A DNA stretch of 63,351 nt, counting the filler, from Pelomyxa schiedti (Eukaryota > Protista > Evosea), in NCBI GenBank assembly GCA_020536535.1. It is 5 parts of 5 records of this genome, joined end to end, with 100 filler letters (N's around TTAATTAATTAA, not from the genome) between each part and the next. Parts side by side here need not be neighbours in the genome. Positions count along the whole stretch, not along the records: positions 26,591 to 41,299 come from JAHLWZ010000765.1; 4 more parts are not named here. One strand, written 5' to 3'. Positions 27,872-40,844 of the stretch are shown one piece after another. Both the position numbers and the translations under genes were made by a program. Numbering within the stretch: position 1 is the first letter of the stretch; each line of letters opens with the position of its first letter. Under the pieces are notes generated by a model, which made no database searches, was not told where the DNA came from, and saw only the letters and a program-made list of their open reading frames with translations.

Positions 27872-28412
27872 TGTCGCCGTGGTCCCTCCGCGCGCTCCTG
27901 GCGTCGTCCCCCCTCGTCGACGATGAGGAGTGGTCGCCCTTGGCCGCGGCGGGGTCCCTGCTGCTGCTGCTGCCGCCGCGCGGCTCCTTCTCCTTTTCCT
28001 TGGGGCCCTCGGGCCTCCTCTCGGGCTTCTTCCCGCCGTCGTCCGCCGCCTTTTCCTTGTCGCGCTCCTTTTCCCTGCCGCCGCTGCTGCCGACGTCGTG
28101 CGCCGCGTGCTTGTTGTTGTTGTGGTGGTGTTTCTTGTTGTCTCTGTCGCCGCCGCCTGCCTTCTTCTCGTCGGGCGTAGTAGTCGTCGCCGCCGCTGCC
28201 GCTGCTTCGCCGGGCTGTTTTGACGACGACGCCGAAGGTTTCGTAGCGCTTGCAGTTTCCGTCGACGCGATCTCTGGGCTAGAGTTGGCGGTTGCCGACG
28301 AGGTCGCCGACGACGTCGGGGGTTGCTGGGGCTCCTCTCCGTCCTCTAGTTCCTCTCCTTCCTCTCGCTCGTACGCCGCAATCTTGGGCTCCACCGCACC
28401 AGACACCGACAT
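27872..28412 (-). CDS. N-terminal low-complexity (E/S/A/K/H-rich) part of an unknown protein, cut by a gap
   Basis: MSVSGAVEPKIAAYEREEGEELEDGEE... open frame with GC-rich codons. The start is conserved in the duplicate copies. Confidence 0.6.
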
Positions 28413-28890
28413 CTCCTCCGGACGTACTGTGTTTTTTTTTATGTTCTTGGCTTGGAGAAGAGGACAAGGGAATTGGAATTTTCCTTTTATTTCTTTCCCA
28501 CAACTGGTTCTCAGCAGCAAGTTTCGAGGAGAAGAACTCTCCTGTGACAGAGTGTTTTTCGTAGCTTCCGATCCTTTCATGAATTCATGTCGGGACTTCC
28601 CTTGTTGCCCCCCTGTGTTCAGTCGAGTCTCAACCCGAGATGAGCTCTGGAAAAGAACAAGGAGGTTCTTTTTGCTCCCCACAGCAGCTCAAAGGCTGCA
28701 CACCTTTGTTTTGTCACACCACAGCAAACAGTTTTCTATTGTGAGGAAACAAACTTTTCATTCATTCAGTTGTTTTGTGTTATGGGTTTTCGTTGTGACT
28801 GTTTTTGCATAGAACTCTGCCTTGGTGTATGTACACAGGTAGTCATGGTACCAGTATATCAGTGGGGTGGTATTTGTCACATCCATGTTC

Positions 28891-30279
28891 TCACGAGTTG
28901 TCAGAGGGTAGAGTCTCTTCAGGGTCTGGGTCTGGATCCCTGGGCTCCTTGACATCAACATCTTCTCCATACCTTTAGTTTAAGGTTAGCATGCTGAATG
29001 GTAGTTGTTATGACAATAATAATAATAACATACTGGATAGCATGGTCCGCGTGAGCGAGAATCAATTCCACACTGTCGGGATCATTGCTGGAGAGTGGTA
29101 GGAAGTTCACCATGCTGTATGTATCAAGCTAAACAGAGTGAGTGCGGAAAATAAACGGAATGCCTCACAAGGGAACATATAGCTTTGTTGAGCTTTGTAA
29201 ACCTGCCACCGGTTTCTTTCTCTAACTGATGCATTAGTGTCGGCATATCTGGTTCCAGAAATCTTTATCTTTATTGAGTATTTGGAAAAAAACCTAGTCA
29301 AGTTAATAGAAATTGATATTTCCCAAACAAAAACAAAAACCAATAGAGTGGAGGAGGTAGTACTTCTCTAGCCACTCTTCATCAGGTTTTTCACCCAATA
29401 AATCAACTTTTGAAAGAACGTTTAAATGCGGCACTTCAAGTCTCAGCATGGCTGATAGACAGGATAAAATACTGTAACCTGGTTAGTATAAACAGGATAT
29501 TTCATAGTCAATTAAAATATACCCCGAAATAAATTTGCTTGTGTCCGAGATGAAATGAGAGTCAATCATATAAAGAGCAACTACCTAAAAGGGATTTTTA
29601 ATAAGACCTTCCGACAAGTGTCAATTGTGAATACCTGATATCCACAATTTTGGAGGGCATCACAAACGGCCTTCATCACTGGTACGTGAGAATACAACTC
29701 AATCTGCCCTGAAAATATTCGTCAGGAGAGTTGTGTCGGCCAATGGTTTCGGATACAAGCATACCAGGACAGTCAAATATGAGGTAGTCGTCAGCGTAGT
29801 CATCAAGCTCGTCAGTGAGCCAGTCCATGTGGTCAACAAGGAACTCCATAGCATACATAAGGGCACCATTTGGGCCATATCCCAGTTCCTCCATCACATC
29901 ATCCACATTCACCAGTTCTCGAATATCTAGTAGTATGTGTTGTGAGGATTTTTAAGGTAGCAGTATGCATGCACAATGTTAAAGTAATTCATATATAATA
30001 GCCAATTGTAAGTCAGTTCAGACTTGGTACAAAAAATATACACAAGGCACAGACAGGCAAATTTCCCGCCCGAGTTAACGAGAGATTGGGGTTTGGGATT
30101 ATGGGATGAAGCAGGTATGTACCGATAGATGGCTCGTAACGGAGGTCCTCGGCCGCGGGATCTAGATTCACTACGTGGACCACTCGCTTCTGAGTCTCGG
30201 CGTACTTGGCCAGCGCCGCGCAGAACGTCGATTTGCCCGACCCTGCCGGCCCCATCACCATCTGTGCGTGCTTGCCCAT
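28891..30279 (-). CDS. GPN3: GPN-loop GTPase 3
   Basis: [56 protein letters not shown] and C-terminal [15 protein letters not shown] across introns. Confidence 0.93.
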
Positions 30280-30512
30280 AATTCCCTTGTACACTTACTC
30301 CACGACACCACACAGAAACGCTGAAACACTCTCTGGACTTCACGGCAAACTGGAAATTGTGATTGTAGAACAGATCGAGAAAGTCTGGCACGCTCCTCTC
30401 CTCTTCCATGCCAAAGTTCTTCTTTCCCCTCCATTCCCATCGTATTAGAATGACCGAGAGTGCGAGATGGCTAAGTGACAGAGAAGAGCTGCGAAGCAGT
30501 TCATTTCGTGAA

Positions 30513-33500
30513 ATGAGCGCAACTAATAGCCGGGTACCAACACCACCCTCACAGCAACCCCCACCCTCACAAACCACCTCATCAACGCCCCCGGCTCAGG
30601 CATCATCCACAACATCGGCTGACACCAACAGCCGGCCATCCACAGCATCCCATAATCACCAGGCGCCGCCGCAGAATGCCGCCACCCCGTCGCCACCGCC
30701 TACGGCGCCCGCGGCCGCAGCGACTGCAGTGCCCCTGTCCAAAGAGCAGCTCCCACAATTGGGATTGTCCTCCTCGTCGTCGTCTCCGCCCCCGCTGCGC
30801 CTGCCTCAATCCGTCATTCTCACGACGTCCTCGCCACTCGCCCAGTCGTCCAATCCCATAATCGCCAGCAGCACCCACCATCACCAGCACAATGTAAGTA
30901 ACACCAACAACAACGGGGGTGATTCTGATCATCACCATCATCACAGCAGGCACGTGAGCACGATGGAGAGGGCCGGGGTTGCAATTGGTAGTTTGGTGGC
31001 CGAGATTGATTCCCCTGATATTGTGTCAAAGCCCAATGGCGAAAAAAGCTCCCCGAGGGATAAAGTTAAAAAGGTTTATTTTTCAGTTTCCCTCCCTATG
31101 TGTGTCTATTTTTTAATTTTTTATAGTGGTATGTAACAAATTCGTAGTACAGTTAGAGAGCGATTTTAAAGTTATCCAATTGGTTACTGTTGATAATAAA
31201 ACTTACTTTTCGGATTGAGGTTGTGGCAGCACACCAGACAAAAGGGGCACCGGCCGTTATTCTAAAGCAATTCAATATGAATAAAATTACTGTAAAAACT
31301 CCGAGGTAGGTTTATCCTGCAAATAAGAAGAAGTAACAATTAATTAATTAATTAAGGGAACAGACAGCGTTGGCTGCCAAAGATGCATTGTATTATCTCG
31401 AACAAACTATGGCTCAAGCTCAGAATGTCAACTCAATGGCTCCAGATCCGGCTTCCATAAAGCCTATATTAGAACAAGAGCACTACCTCGCAAACTTGCA
31501 TCACACGAAGAAGAAGTCCTCTGTGGACAAAAAAGTATCCTCACCCCCAACTGTATTATGTTCCGACAAAAAAAAAAGGTTTGGATCTTACTCCCACTTG
31601 TCATGTGCGCTTCCTGGGTAGTTCTTCTGCTGTGTTTTGGTGTGGATAGATTCACTCAACTGTGGAAAATTCCCCACGCAAGTGATGAAGTCGATGATGT
31701 TATAAGCCATTATGACTACTCCTTTTCTGCCTTTATTTATACTCTTCTCAATCCAACTCCAAATCAAGGTTAGTAACACCCCTATTCTGCCCTATTCATT
31801 ACCTCCACTGATGTTTATCAAAGCGAGAGCCCTTTTGCAAGCCGTCACAAATACCATGGTACCCTCTTGCTCACTATTTTGTTTTTGTTTTGCTCACAAA
31901 ATTCGAGGCTTTTCTCTTTGGCCTTTTAGTGTCTATAATTGGAATTATCCTTCAATTTGCTTCGGATAAGATAACTTCACATGTTACCTCACTGGTATGC
32001 CTTTGCATCGATAATGCATGCTTTCTAACAATACTCAAACAGTTTTTCCGCGACAAGCTTGTCCTTGCAGCCATCACATTCGTTCTGATTGGGAATGCCT
32101 TTTCCATGTGGGTATATCTGGAACTTGGTGACTATCATTCTCCCAGGAGTGCTGTTGGTGAGACCGCCCTTCACTTTGCCGTAATACGATTTTAGTCTTC
32201 TGTTTCTCATTGCACAATATATATACTCCATCCAGTTCTTACGGTGTTGCTTGTAAATATACAACTTGTCATGTTGTTCCCTTTCCTTGCCTACCTTTTC
32301 TTTTTCTTGGACGCTGAAGAGGTTGTCACAATCATCAAAGACAACGGCTTGTCTGCTGTAAAGAAAGCACTTACATCACAGCTCGGAAACAGAACCGTCA
32401 ATGAGAAGAGTCAAGTTAGTTGTGTCCTCTCTGATTGCAATTAACAAAAGCCAGCTTGAAACAACACTCTCGATTGAATATCTCATGGACAGTGCAGTTG
32501 CCAGTATAAAAAAGAAGAATAAAAATGTGTCATCCCAAATTGTTGATGCCCTTGAGAGCTTCTGTGTTGAATACATCCAGATGAAAAACCAAGTTCGGAA
32601 CTTTTTTTTCCCCCAAAGCTGACTGTTATCAAAGGCTCCTGAAGAATGGTTCAAAATGCCATTGTGGCTCAAACAAAGTCCGGACTTCCTGATTCTGTAA
32701 TTCTCCATCTTTTTTTACTGCAAAAATTCTCATTGCTAAATCTTTATTTTCTTTTTGCAGAGAAAAATCCAGCTTGAAGGAGATAAAGAAACGCAAACTG
32801 TGGGTTGAATGGAAAGTTCTCAGACAATACCAGGTTTATTTTTTTGCAAATTCAAATTTCACCAGTTAACTAACCATCTCCCACAGACCCTGTTTTCTGA
32901 GGTAATAACAATGTAATTAAAAATCCAAGTCATTCAACACGTTGCAGGCATTGCGTTGGTTCAAAGAGCTGTGCTATCACCTGTGCATCAACACCCGGCT
33001 CATTGGCGAAGCTGCAGCCAAAAAAAATGAATACAATGTACTTGACCTGTCCATAAAGTTCTTCAACACCTTTCTGCGGGCAAGCATCAACCTGAACGAA
33101 GCGAGGGTTGTGTACAACAGCCTTTTCCAATACCGGCAGCTTGCTGAGGCTTTGTTGGACAAAAAAAGTGGTGGTAAGGGATTTGTTGTATAAACTTTCT
33201 TCTCACTGGTAAATAGGAGCAAACCCAACTCTCACACCACGTGCTGTGAAGATTGCCAAGTTTCTCCGATATTACGCTTCATTGTGTCACAACAAGAGGC
33301 TGTTTTTCTTGGTTGAGACTGTGGCCCACGATCTGAGGGTGCTCTGTGAAGTTGCAACAAAGAGCATTCCAAGTGTATGCTTTTACCCAGTTTTAGCACT
33401 TTCCTCACTCCACTATAGGAAAATGGGACTGGACCGGATCCATTTTACAAGGAAGTGCACAACAAACTTCTTGAGGTTTTGCTCCCGCTCTGTTCTCTGT

Positions 33501-34278
33501 TTCTGAGAAACCAAAAAGGTGTTTCTGAGCCTTGGAGACTTTGCCAACAGTGATCCAGCAAGCCAGAGAGGTGTTATGAGAGCACAGGTCATTCTCGCAA
33601 CATACTACTGCCATCAAAACCTCATCAGCTTTGCCCGGAAAGTCCAAGCAAGACTCGATAGGTAAAATTTCCCCTTTCCAAATTACCGCAGTCAATTCCA
33701 AAAACAACATCCGAAAACTACCTCGCTTCCCATCTCCACCCTGCCGGAACTATTAGTTCATATTTTGTCCTTTAAATTAATAACTTCATTAATTTCGCTC
33801 ACCTTCTCTCTCCAAAAAAAGCAAAGAGAACAAGACCATTCTTATTTCAATCAAGGGGGAGCTAGCCATGACATCAACCAAAGAGTTCTGGGAGGTGTCA
33901 GAGCGCGGTGCCAACTTCACATACCTGGAACAGCACCTCCGCCGGCAGCTTGACACCTTCTACAGCTGGTTCACTGAGGCCAAGGTCATGTCCGCACAGG
34001 AGTGGGACAACTTCATGGAATCCAAAGGTTAGGTTACCATGCTTTTATCTTGTCAAAAACTCAACAACAACAACAACAACATAAACACTACAGAGGGAAT
34101 GGAGCTCAAGGTCAGCCAGCAGCTCATGAACTTTGACACCGAGATAGCCGTGGATGATGACGATGACCACGACGGGAGAGGGAACGGCAACAACGATGAC
34201 GACGCCAGTGACCTGTTCCCGTCAGAAGGCGACCCTGCTTCAACTGCGATGTCCTCTTTCTCTACCGGAAACAGATAA
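30513..34278 (+). CDS. Multi-pass membrane protein with a helical C-terminal domain, resembling bacterial DUF2254-type proteins
   Basis: Low-complexity N-terminus. Hydrophobic exons LFGLLVSIIGIILQFASDKITSHVTSL/FFRDKLVL... and MLFPFLAYLFFFLD. C-terminal EFWEVSERGANFTYLE...FYSWF. Family assignment is from memory. Confidence 0.6.
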
Positions 34279-34322
34279 ACCCATTAAATAACAGAGGTGG
34301 ATGTGTTTTTTTTTCCCCCACT

Positions 34323-37300
34323 TCATGAAGCACCGTCGTTTGGTGGTTGGTTCTTTTTCTTCTCTGCGTCAGGGTCGTCGGGATAGGGAGGGGTACCGGG
34401 AAACGGGTTGAAGGGTGGTGGAAACCACCTTGTTTCTGAGAGATAGGACAGGTTCCCATTGGGGGGTAATGATCCCTCAATGGAGGCAATCGTCGGAGCG
34501 AGGGATGACAGCCACCGTGTGATGTTCTCATCCACTTGGTCCTGTGTCGCACAGTTGGGAGAGAGGATGACGGCGCAACAACAGTAGAGAAGCCGCACAA
34601 TCACTGAGAAAGAAAGCCGGTTTCTTTCTGTTGTTGTTTGTTTGTTTGGTACCAGGAAAACGAAGATACACACCAAGAATGGAGAGGCAGGACTGAACAA
34701 CAATGAACACGAGGTCCCCCGCTGTTTCCGGCAATGCTGTTCCACACGACGTAAAGAGCGGAGATTCGGGAGAGTGCGTGAAATATTTCACGGCGTCAAG
34801 AGCGGCCTTCCTCCTGCTGAGACAGTGTGCAATCGCTGACTCACCGGCTTCAGAGCACAGCCTCCTCACCTCTTTTGTCTGTTGTTAGTGCCGCTCCCTC
34901 AAATTATGCAATAGATATATCGATCGTTTAATTTATTTATTATTTATCTTTATTATTATAAGGAGACATTGACTTCTTGATTTTGTATTTCTTATTATGC
35001 TAAATAATGAGAGAAAGAGCATCAAGCAAACCAGCCAAGTCTGGAGGTGAAAGGGTACTCATCGCTTCACCCAAGAAATTTGCTTGCATGTTATAAGGGA
35101 GGTTGTCAAGCGTGGAATCAACAATATCACCGTTGATCATCTCCGCCACGAGCATTCCAAAGCCCCACAAATCCCCTGTTGTATGGTGTAATAAAAAAGG
35201 AAGAAGTGTACACAGCCCACACCCTCGATCGCGTAGTTGTTTGTGAACATCTGCGGTGCCAAGTGTACCATGATTCCAGAAACAATGGTTTGTGGACTAC
35301 TCTTCAGGGATTTATGGTTCATTCCGCGGGATACTCCTGTTGAAGATCAGAAAGAAACAGCCTTGCGATCCATGGAACATACCTAAGTAACAAATTTTAG
35401 GAATTCCATGCACGTCAAAAAGAACGTTGTTGCTGCTCAAGTCGCGGTGCATGATGTTTTGCCTGTTGGGTTTTAAGTTTGTTTTACTGGGTTTACATCA
35501 CACACCTGTGGAGGCTGTCCATTCCATTGGCAACACCCAGTGAGATAGATACCAATTGTTTGAAGTCAAGTCGTTGTTTCTTCAAAAGCTGTCTCAGACT
35601 GCAAAACATTAGCTCAGAAACAATCAACAGTTTCTCAGATTTTGTTGTGCAGGTTCCAAGACACTTCACAATGTTTGGATTCCTCAGTCCACTCACGATC
35701 TGTTGGTTTGTTTTGTCAGGTGAATCAAAAAAGGGGGGAAAAAAAAAATGAAAACCTCAGCTTCCAATCGGAATCTCTCGACGTTGTGTGGTGTAACAAC
35801 CAATTCGAGTGTTTTCACAGCAACTTCCTTTGATGACGGAATGTGTATGTACTTGTAAACAGTTCCATAACACCCGCTATGCAATGTGGAAACATGGCTC
35901 AGATCAGACTCCATCATAGTCATCACTGGTTTCATCCTCACCTTCACTTGTGCCACTGGTGTGTTGCGCACTTCTTCTTCTTTTCCTTGTGTTGGAATGG
36001 GATGGCAAAACAAGAACAACAAACCTGGTGATGAGGTGGATTGTGGGAGAAGAGACAGTAACAGCTCTTCTTGGGTATCACCCACAACCAATAAGATGGC
36101 CTGTTGGCTTTCATCCACCCCAAATCGTTTCTCAACCTCCATCTTCACAATCTGATGTGTTTTGTTATTGTAAGCAAGTTCAAAAAGCTCTGATTTGAGT
36201 CATTCATTACCTTGTCAAGAGGGCACCTCATGCAAAAAGATTCATGAAATGTGATGTTGTGTCTTTCCAATGTGACTGACACTTCTTTCATCACACACCT
36301 GTTGTTTGAGTTTTCTGGACAGCTTGCTTTTACCCACATCCCCTTTTGAAGGTGCTGCAATGTGTGTTCAAAATCTGTTGATTTGTGGTGTTGGACAGTG
36401 GGCAGAAAAGGAAAACACATACTCTCCACTTGATCCTGCAACTGCTTGGTTTGTAGACCCATCACTTTTTGTGGAATCAATATGAAATGTTGATGGAAAA
36501 CTTCATACACACATTCTGTTTGCTCCTCAAATTTGTGTTGAGTTCTTTTTGTTTCCCACAATGCTTCCTCTTTTTCTTTTGACAGAGTTTCCAGAATGTT
36601 GGTTAACTCCTTTATTTGTCTGACCATCACTGTACATAATATTTAAAAAAACACAGTGAAACAAAAAACTACACACCCTCAGTTTGTTCCTCGAGTTTCT
36701 TTTTAAGAGTTTCAAAAGTCTGTGTTGATTTCAACAGGGCCTCCTGTTTTTCTTTGGACTGTTGATCAACTATGCCTTCAAGCTCCTTGACCTCTCTTTC
36801 CAAGGTTATTGCTTTTTCCTGTTTACAAATGAATGTTGTTTAGGAACACAAGAAGTTAAAGACCCACCTCCAATTGAAAGTCACCATGTCCAATGCTGCA
36901 ACAGAGACCCCATCCACCACCACATTTCGTTTCTTGGAAAACGTTCTCTTTGAAAGTACCAACAAGTGTGATTGTATTGGTTGAAGAAGGCCCACCACAC
37001 CGGAATGTGGCCATGCCCTCCCCACACAAGCCATTCACTGCGAATTTCCCAGTGAATTCGTCACCATTTGGCCACCTCTTTGTTCCTGACACAATGTCAC
37101 CATTCTTCCAAACACCTGCGATTGAAGTGCCATCACGTGCCCACGTTTTTGTGCCTGCCCCATTCTCCTTCTCACTCACCCAATCTCCCTCGTATCTCGT
37201 CCCATCGTCCCAAATCCTGACACCTCTCCCATGGAACACGTCGTCTTTCCACCCACCAACATAACTCCCTCCACCCAATTTGGCATCACCAAACAGAATC

Positions 37301-37742
37301 CTCCCATATCCACTCCTCTTGTTGTGATCAAACTGACCATGGTAGATGTCACCAGTGTGAGGTGAGTACCATGTGCCACACCCATTCCACTCGTCACTCT
37401 CCCACTCACCCTCATACACTGTGATAGAACTGTTCATTGTTTTTCCACAAAGGTGGTGAGCAGTTGTTCCCGTGATATTCATCACTCTCTTTTGCACACC
37501 CCAACCTTGCATCTGGGGAGGATCTTTCGTTTCATTCCATTCTCCATCCAATACATCGCCATTTTTGCTGTAGAATCTGCCCCTATTGAGTGGTCACCCT
37601 TCCACAGCCCCTCGCGCCAGCTGCCATCAACGTAGTGGTACACGCCCCACCCGTCGCACTTATCGCTGTTCCACTCGCCCCCGTAGCTATTACCGCCGGC
37701 CCACCTCATGAACCCTCTTCCGTGCCTCACACCACTCTTCAT
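34323..37742 (-). pseudogene. MORN repeats + coiled coil + kinase, probably degenerate
   Basis: Many YxGxW MORN repeats. The kinase is paralogous to that at 4744-7930 ([10 protein letters not shown]). A frameshift near 37580 has no intron to explain it, and the DLG motif is changed to YLG. Confidence 0.7.
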
Positions 37743-37923
37743 CTCACCATTGTAGCCTACGACGTCGTTTTCTGGCGTTGCTGCTCTACTACTGCCCCAT
37801 AACCACGACCATTTCTGTGATGTCCGTTGTTGTGGTTGCGTGATGAAGAATCAACGGATCTGAAACTGCTGATCTCACTGAGGAACCAGCGTTCGATCCC
37901 CACTTGATGTTTTCATTTTTCGG

Positions 37924-38045
37924 ATGAGTGGTGAGACGTATGATGGTAATCGGAAGGATGGCCTGATGCACGGCCGAGGTCTGCACACATGGGCCAATGG
38001 CAACACCTACGTCGGTGAGTGGCACAAGGGCAGGACGGATGGGAA
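37924..38045 (+). repeat. Short duplicated fragment of the MORN coding region at ~38470-38590
   Basis: GAGTGGTGAGACGTATGATGGTAAT..GGAAGGATGGCCTGATGCACGGCCGAGGTCTGCACAC is shared. Confidence 0.85.
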
Positions 38046-38088
38046 GGGAATCACAGACCTGAGCAACCCTCAGAAGTCGGACAACTTC

Positions 38089-38191
38089 TGGGAATTCAAT
38101 GGCACATGATGCTGTGCTGTGCGAGGATGTGGTCTGTTGATTATTTTATTCAGTGACGCACAGCACAGCATCATGTGCCATTGAATTCCCA
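38089..38191. repeat. Perfect 35-bp inverted repeat with a 33-nt loop
   Basis: TGGGAATTCAATGGCACATGATGCTGTGCTGTGCG (38089-38123) and its reverse complement (38157-38191). Confidence 0.95.
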
Positions 38192-38354
38192 CACAGATGG
38201 AATTCATGAGAGACAGGGCTTATAGGCGACACCACTTGGCTGAATAAAATATCCCTCCTTATCTCGCTACGAACGTGTTCGTCACTCCCCGTTAGGGACA
38301 CCACTCACAACCAAACGAACCTGTTCATTTTTCGTTTTTCTCCAGTAAAGTGTC

Positions 38355-40844
38355 ATGGCGGCAAAAGGTGTGGTGATGGTGGTTAACAACATCACGTCGT
38401 CTGGTGGGAGTGTGTACACTGGACGTCTTGTAAACGGCACGCGCGACGGCAGCGGAACGTGCACGTGGGTGAGTGGTGAGACGTATGATGGTAATTGGAA
38501 GGATGGCCTGATGCACGGCCGAGGTCTGCACACAGCGGCCAGCGGCAGCACCTACATTGGGGAGTGGCACAAGGGCATGGCGGATGGGTGGGGCGTCCGC
38601 CGAAGCGCCAGCGGCGGGTGGCATGAGGGGTTGTACAGGGACTGCGAACTGAAAAGGGGGACGTGGCACGACGGCAACGGCGTGGACGTGTGGGACGGCG
38701 AGTGGGTGTGGAAGGCAACGACAAACCAGTATGAGATGCAGGGCTGGGGTGTGCAAAGAAGGACAGTAACAATAAGGGGAGCCACTGCAATTGACACTGT
38801 GTATGAGGGTGAGTGGGACAGGAACCGGTGGCACGGCATCGGAACGTGGAGGTCGCCTGATGGCTCAGGTGACATCTACCATGGCACGTTTGAAAACGGC
38901 AAGAGGAGTGGAGCAGGGAGCATTCTGTTTGGTGGTGGAGGAGGGAGCTACGGTGGGGAGTGGAAGAATGACATGTCCCATGGTCAGGGTGTGAGGCTGT
39001 GGGCAAACGGTGACAGGTATGAGGGCCAGTGGGCGCGTGGCAAGGAGAATGGCGAAGGAACAAAGACGTGGTCCAGGGATGGATCATCATTCACTGGGTT
39101 GTGGGAGAGTGGTGTACCAACAAAGGGGACAAGGAAGTGGCCAAATGGTGACATGTTTGAAGGCACCTTCACAAGATGCGGTGATGGGAGTGAATGGGCG
39201 TGCCGTGGTGAGGGTGTTGCAACACTGTCATCATCGGCATCAGCCATTCTGAAGGGCACCCTCAACAACGACCTTTTTCAAAGTGGGAACTCAGACGTGC
39301 AACATCAGATGGGATCATCACTCCCACAGTTTGAACACCATCTCCAGATTGAGGTGTGTGTTGTTTTCCCCTTCTCTCTTCCTTCTCTTGTGGTTGTTTG
39401 TGCTCACAAACAAAATCCAGAAACTGAAACAAGAACTCTCCAAAGAAAAAAGTGATTTCAAGGCAAAACTGGAAGAAGAAATGAGAGCAGCCGAAAAGGA
39501 GTGGCAGGTGTGTCAGTATTACTTTCCCATCAATTTTCACGTCTCATTTTCAACAGAAAGCCACAGAGAGAAACAACCAACAACATACCGAGCAACTCGA
39601 CGAGATGAACAAAAAGCTCCAACAATTGCAAGACGACCTTCAAAAGAAACAAGAAGAGGAGGAAACAAGAGCAACAATGGAGGGGAAGGCACACCCTGAA
39701 CTGAAAGAAGCTTTCACTTTGACCACACTCTTCCAATCCCAGTTGCAAAAATTATCACCCAAGATTGCATTGCTTGAGGAATCACTTGCAAAACTGAACC
39801 AGAGACTCCAAGGAGCCACAGAAAGCAACGAGGCACTGGCATCAAGGCTGAAAGAACTCACTGATCTGAAGGCCACACTGGCAAAGAAACTCGACGAGTC
39901 TGATGACGCATGCAAGAAGCTCCTTGGGCAGACACTGACCGTGGGGAACAGTGAAGCTGAGATTCAGGAGTGTGCCAGGAACATCTCAACGTTGATGAGA
40001 AAGATTTTGGATATCAAGTCCTCCACAACAGGACTGGAGAACAGCCTCACTGTTCCACCACCACAAGAAGGTAAAAACACTCTGCAGTGTCACTCTCATT
40101 TGACAAACAAAAACACAGAGAACGATAGAATTCTGATGAAACCTCTCCCTGCAGTGCACTTTTCCGAGCAACCACAGTTTCAACTCGAGCATACATTCAC
40201 ACCCCCGTTCCAGTTGCTGATTGCTCTCTCAGACACTCTTGCGCAGCTCCAAAGGTGCCAGTTTCAGGAATGCGGAAAGCTTGCTGACAAACACACAGTG
40301 CTGTCAAAGGAGCTGCCTGAGCAGGTTTCAATTGGAGGTGCACTCCAAAAGGCCATCGAGGAGACACAGAGGGAATGTTCAGAGCTTCAGAGGGAATTCA
40401 AGGGCAAGTGGAAGCTTCAGCGAGGGCTGGAGGGTGACGAGACGTTCATTGGGATGCCTGGTGTGTGGTCAATGCTCTCTGAGTTGCTCCCTTTGGCTCA
40501 ACAAGCCATGTTTGACTTGATGGTTTCGAGACACAGTCTGGAAGCTGTGGCAAGCCGCACTGCTGCCACTCTTCCAGGATGCACAGGCACAGTGACCATG
40601 GCACCAACCTCAGTTGCATTGAACAACAACAGCCGTAACAGCAGCACTGCTTGTATGGAATGTGATGAGAGGCCACGAAACGTTCGGTTCCAACCTTGTG
40701 GTCACGTTGTCCTATGCTCTCAGGTACTGTGTGGTTTCTTTTATTCTCCCAACTGACTACAAAACACAACAAAAAAAGTGTGCCACATTCATGAAGAAAT
40801 GCCCTGATTGTCGTGCTTTCATCAAGGACAAAATCAATTTGTAG
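38355..40844 (+). CDS. MORN repeats + coiled coil + C-terminal RING protein
   Basis: About 10 MORN repeats (YTGRLVNGTRDGSG, YDGNWKDGLMHGRG...). Coiled coil. CMECDERPRNVRFQPCGHVVLCSQ/CATFMKKCPDCR. Confidence 0.87.

Noticed and set aside
27730-28812. Long antisense ORFs (also 9129-10157, 43498-44211 and many short ones in the ORF track)
   Set aside because: Shadows of real genes on the opposite strand, or ORFs inflated by N runs.
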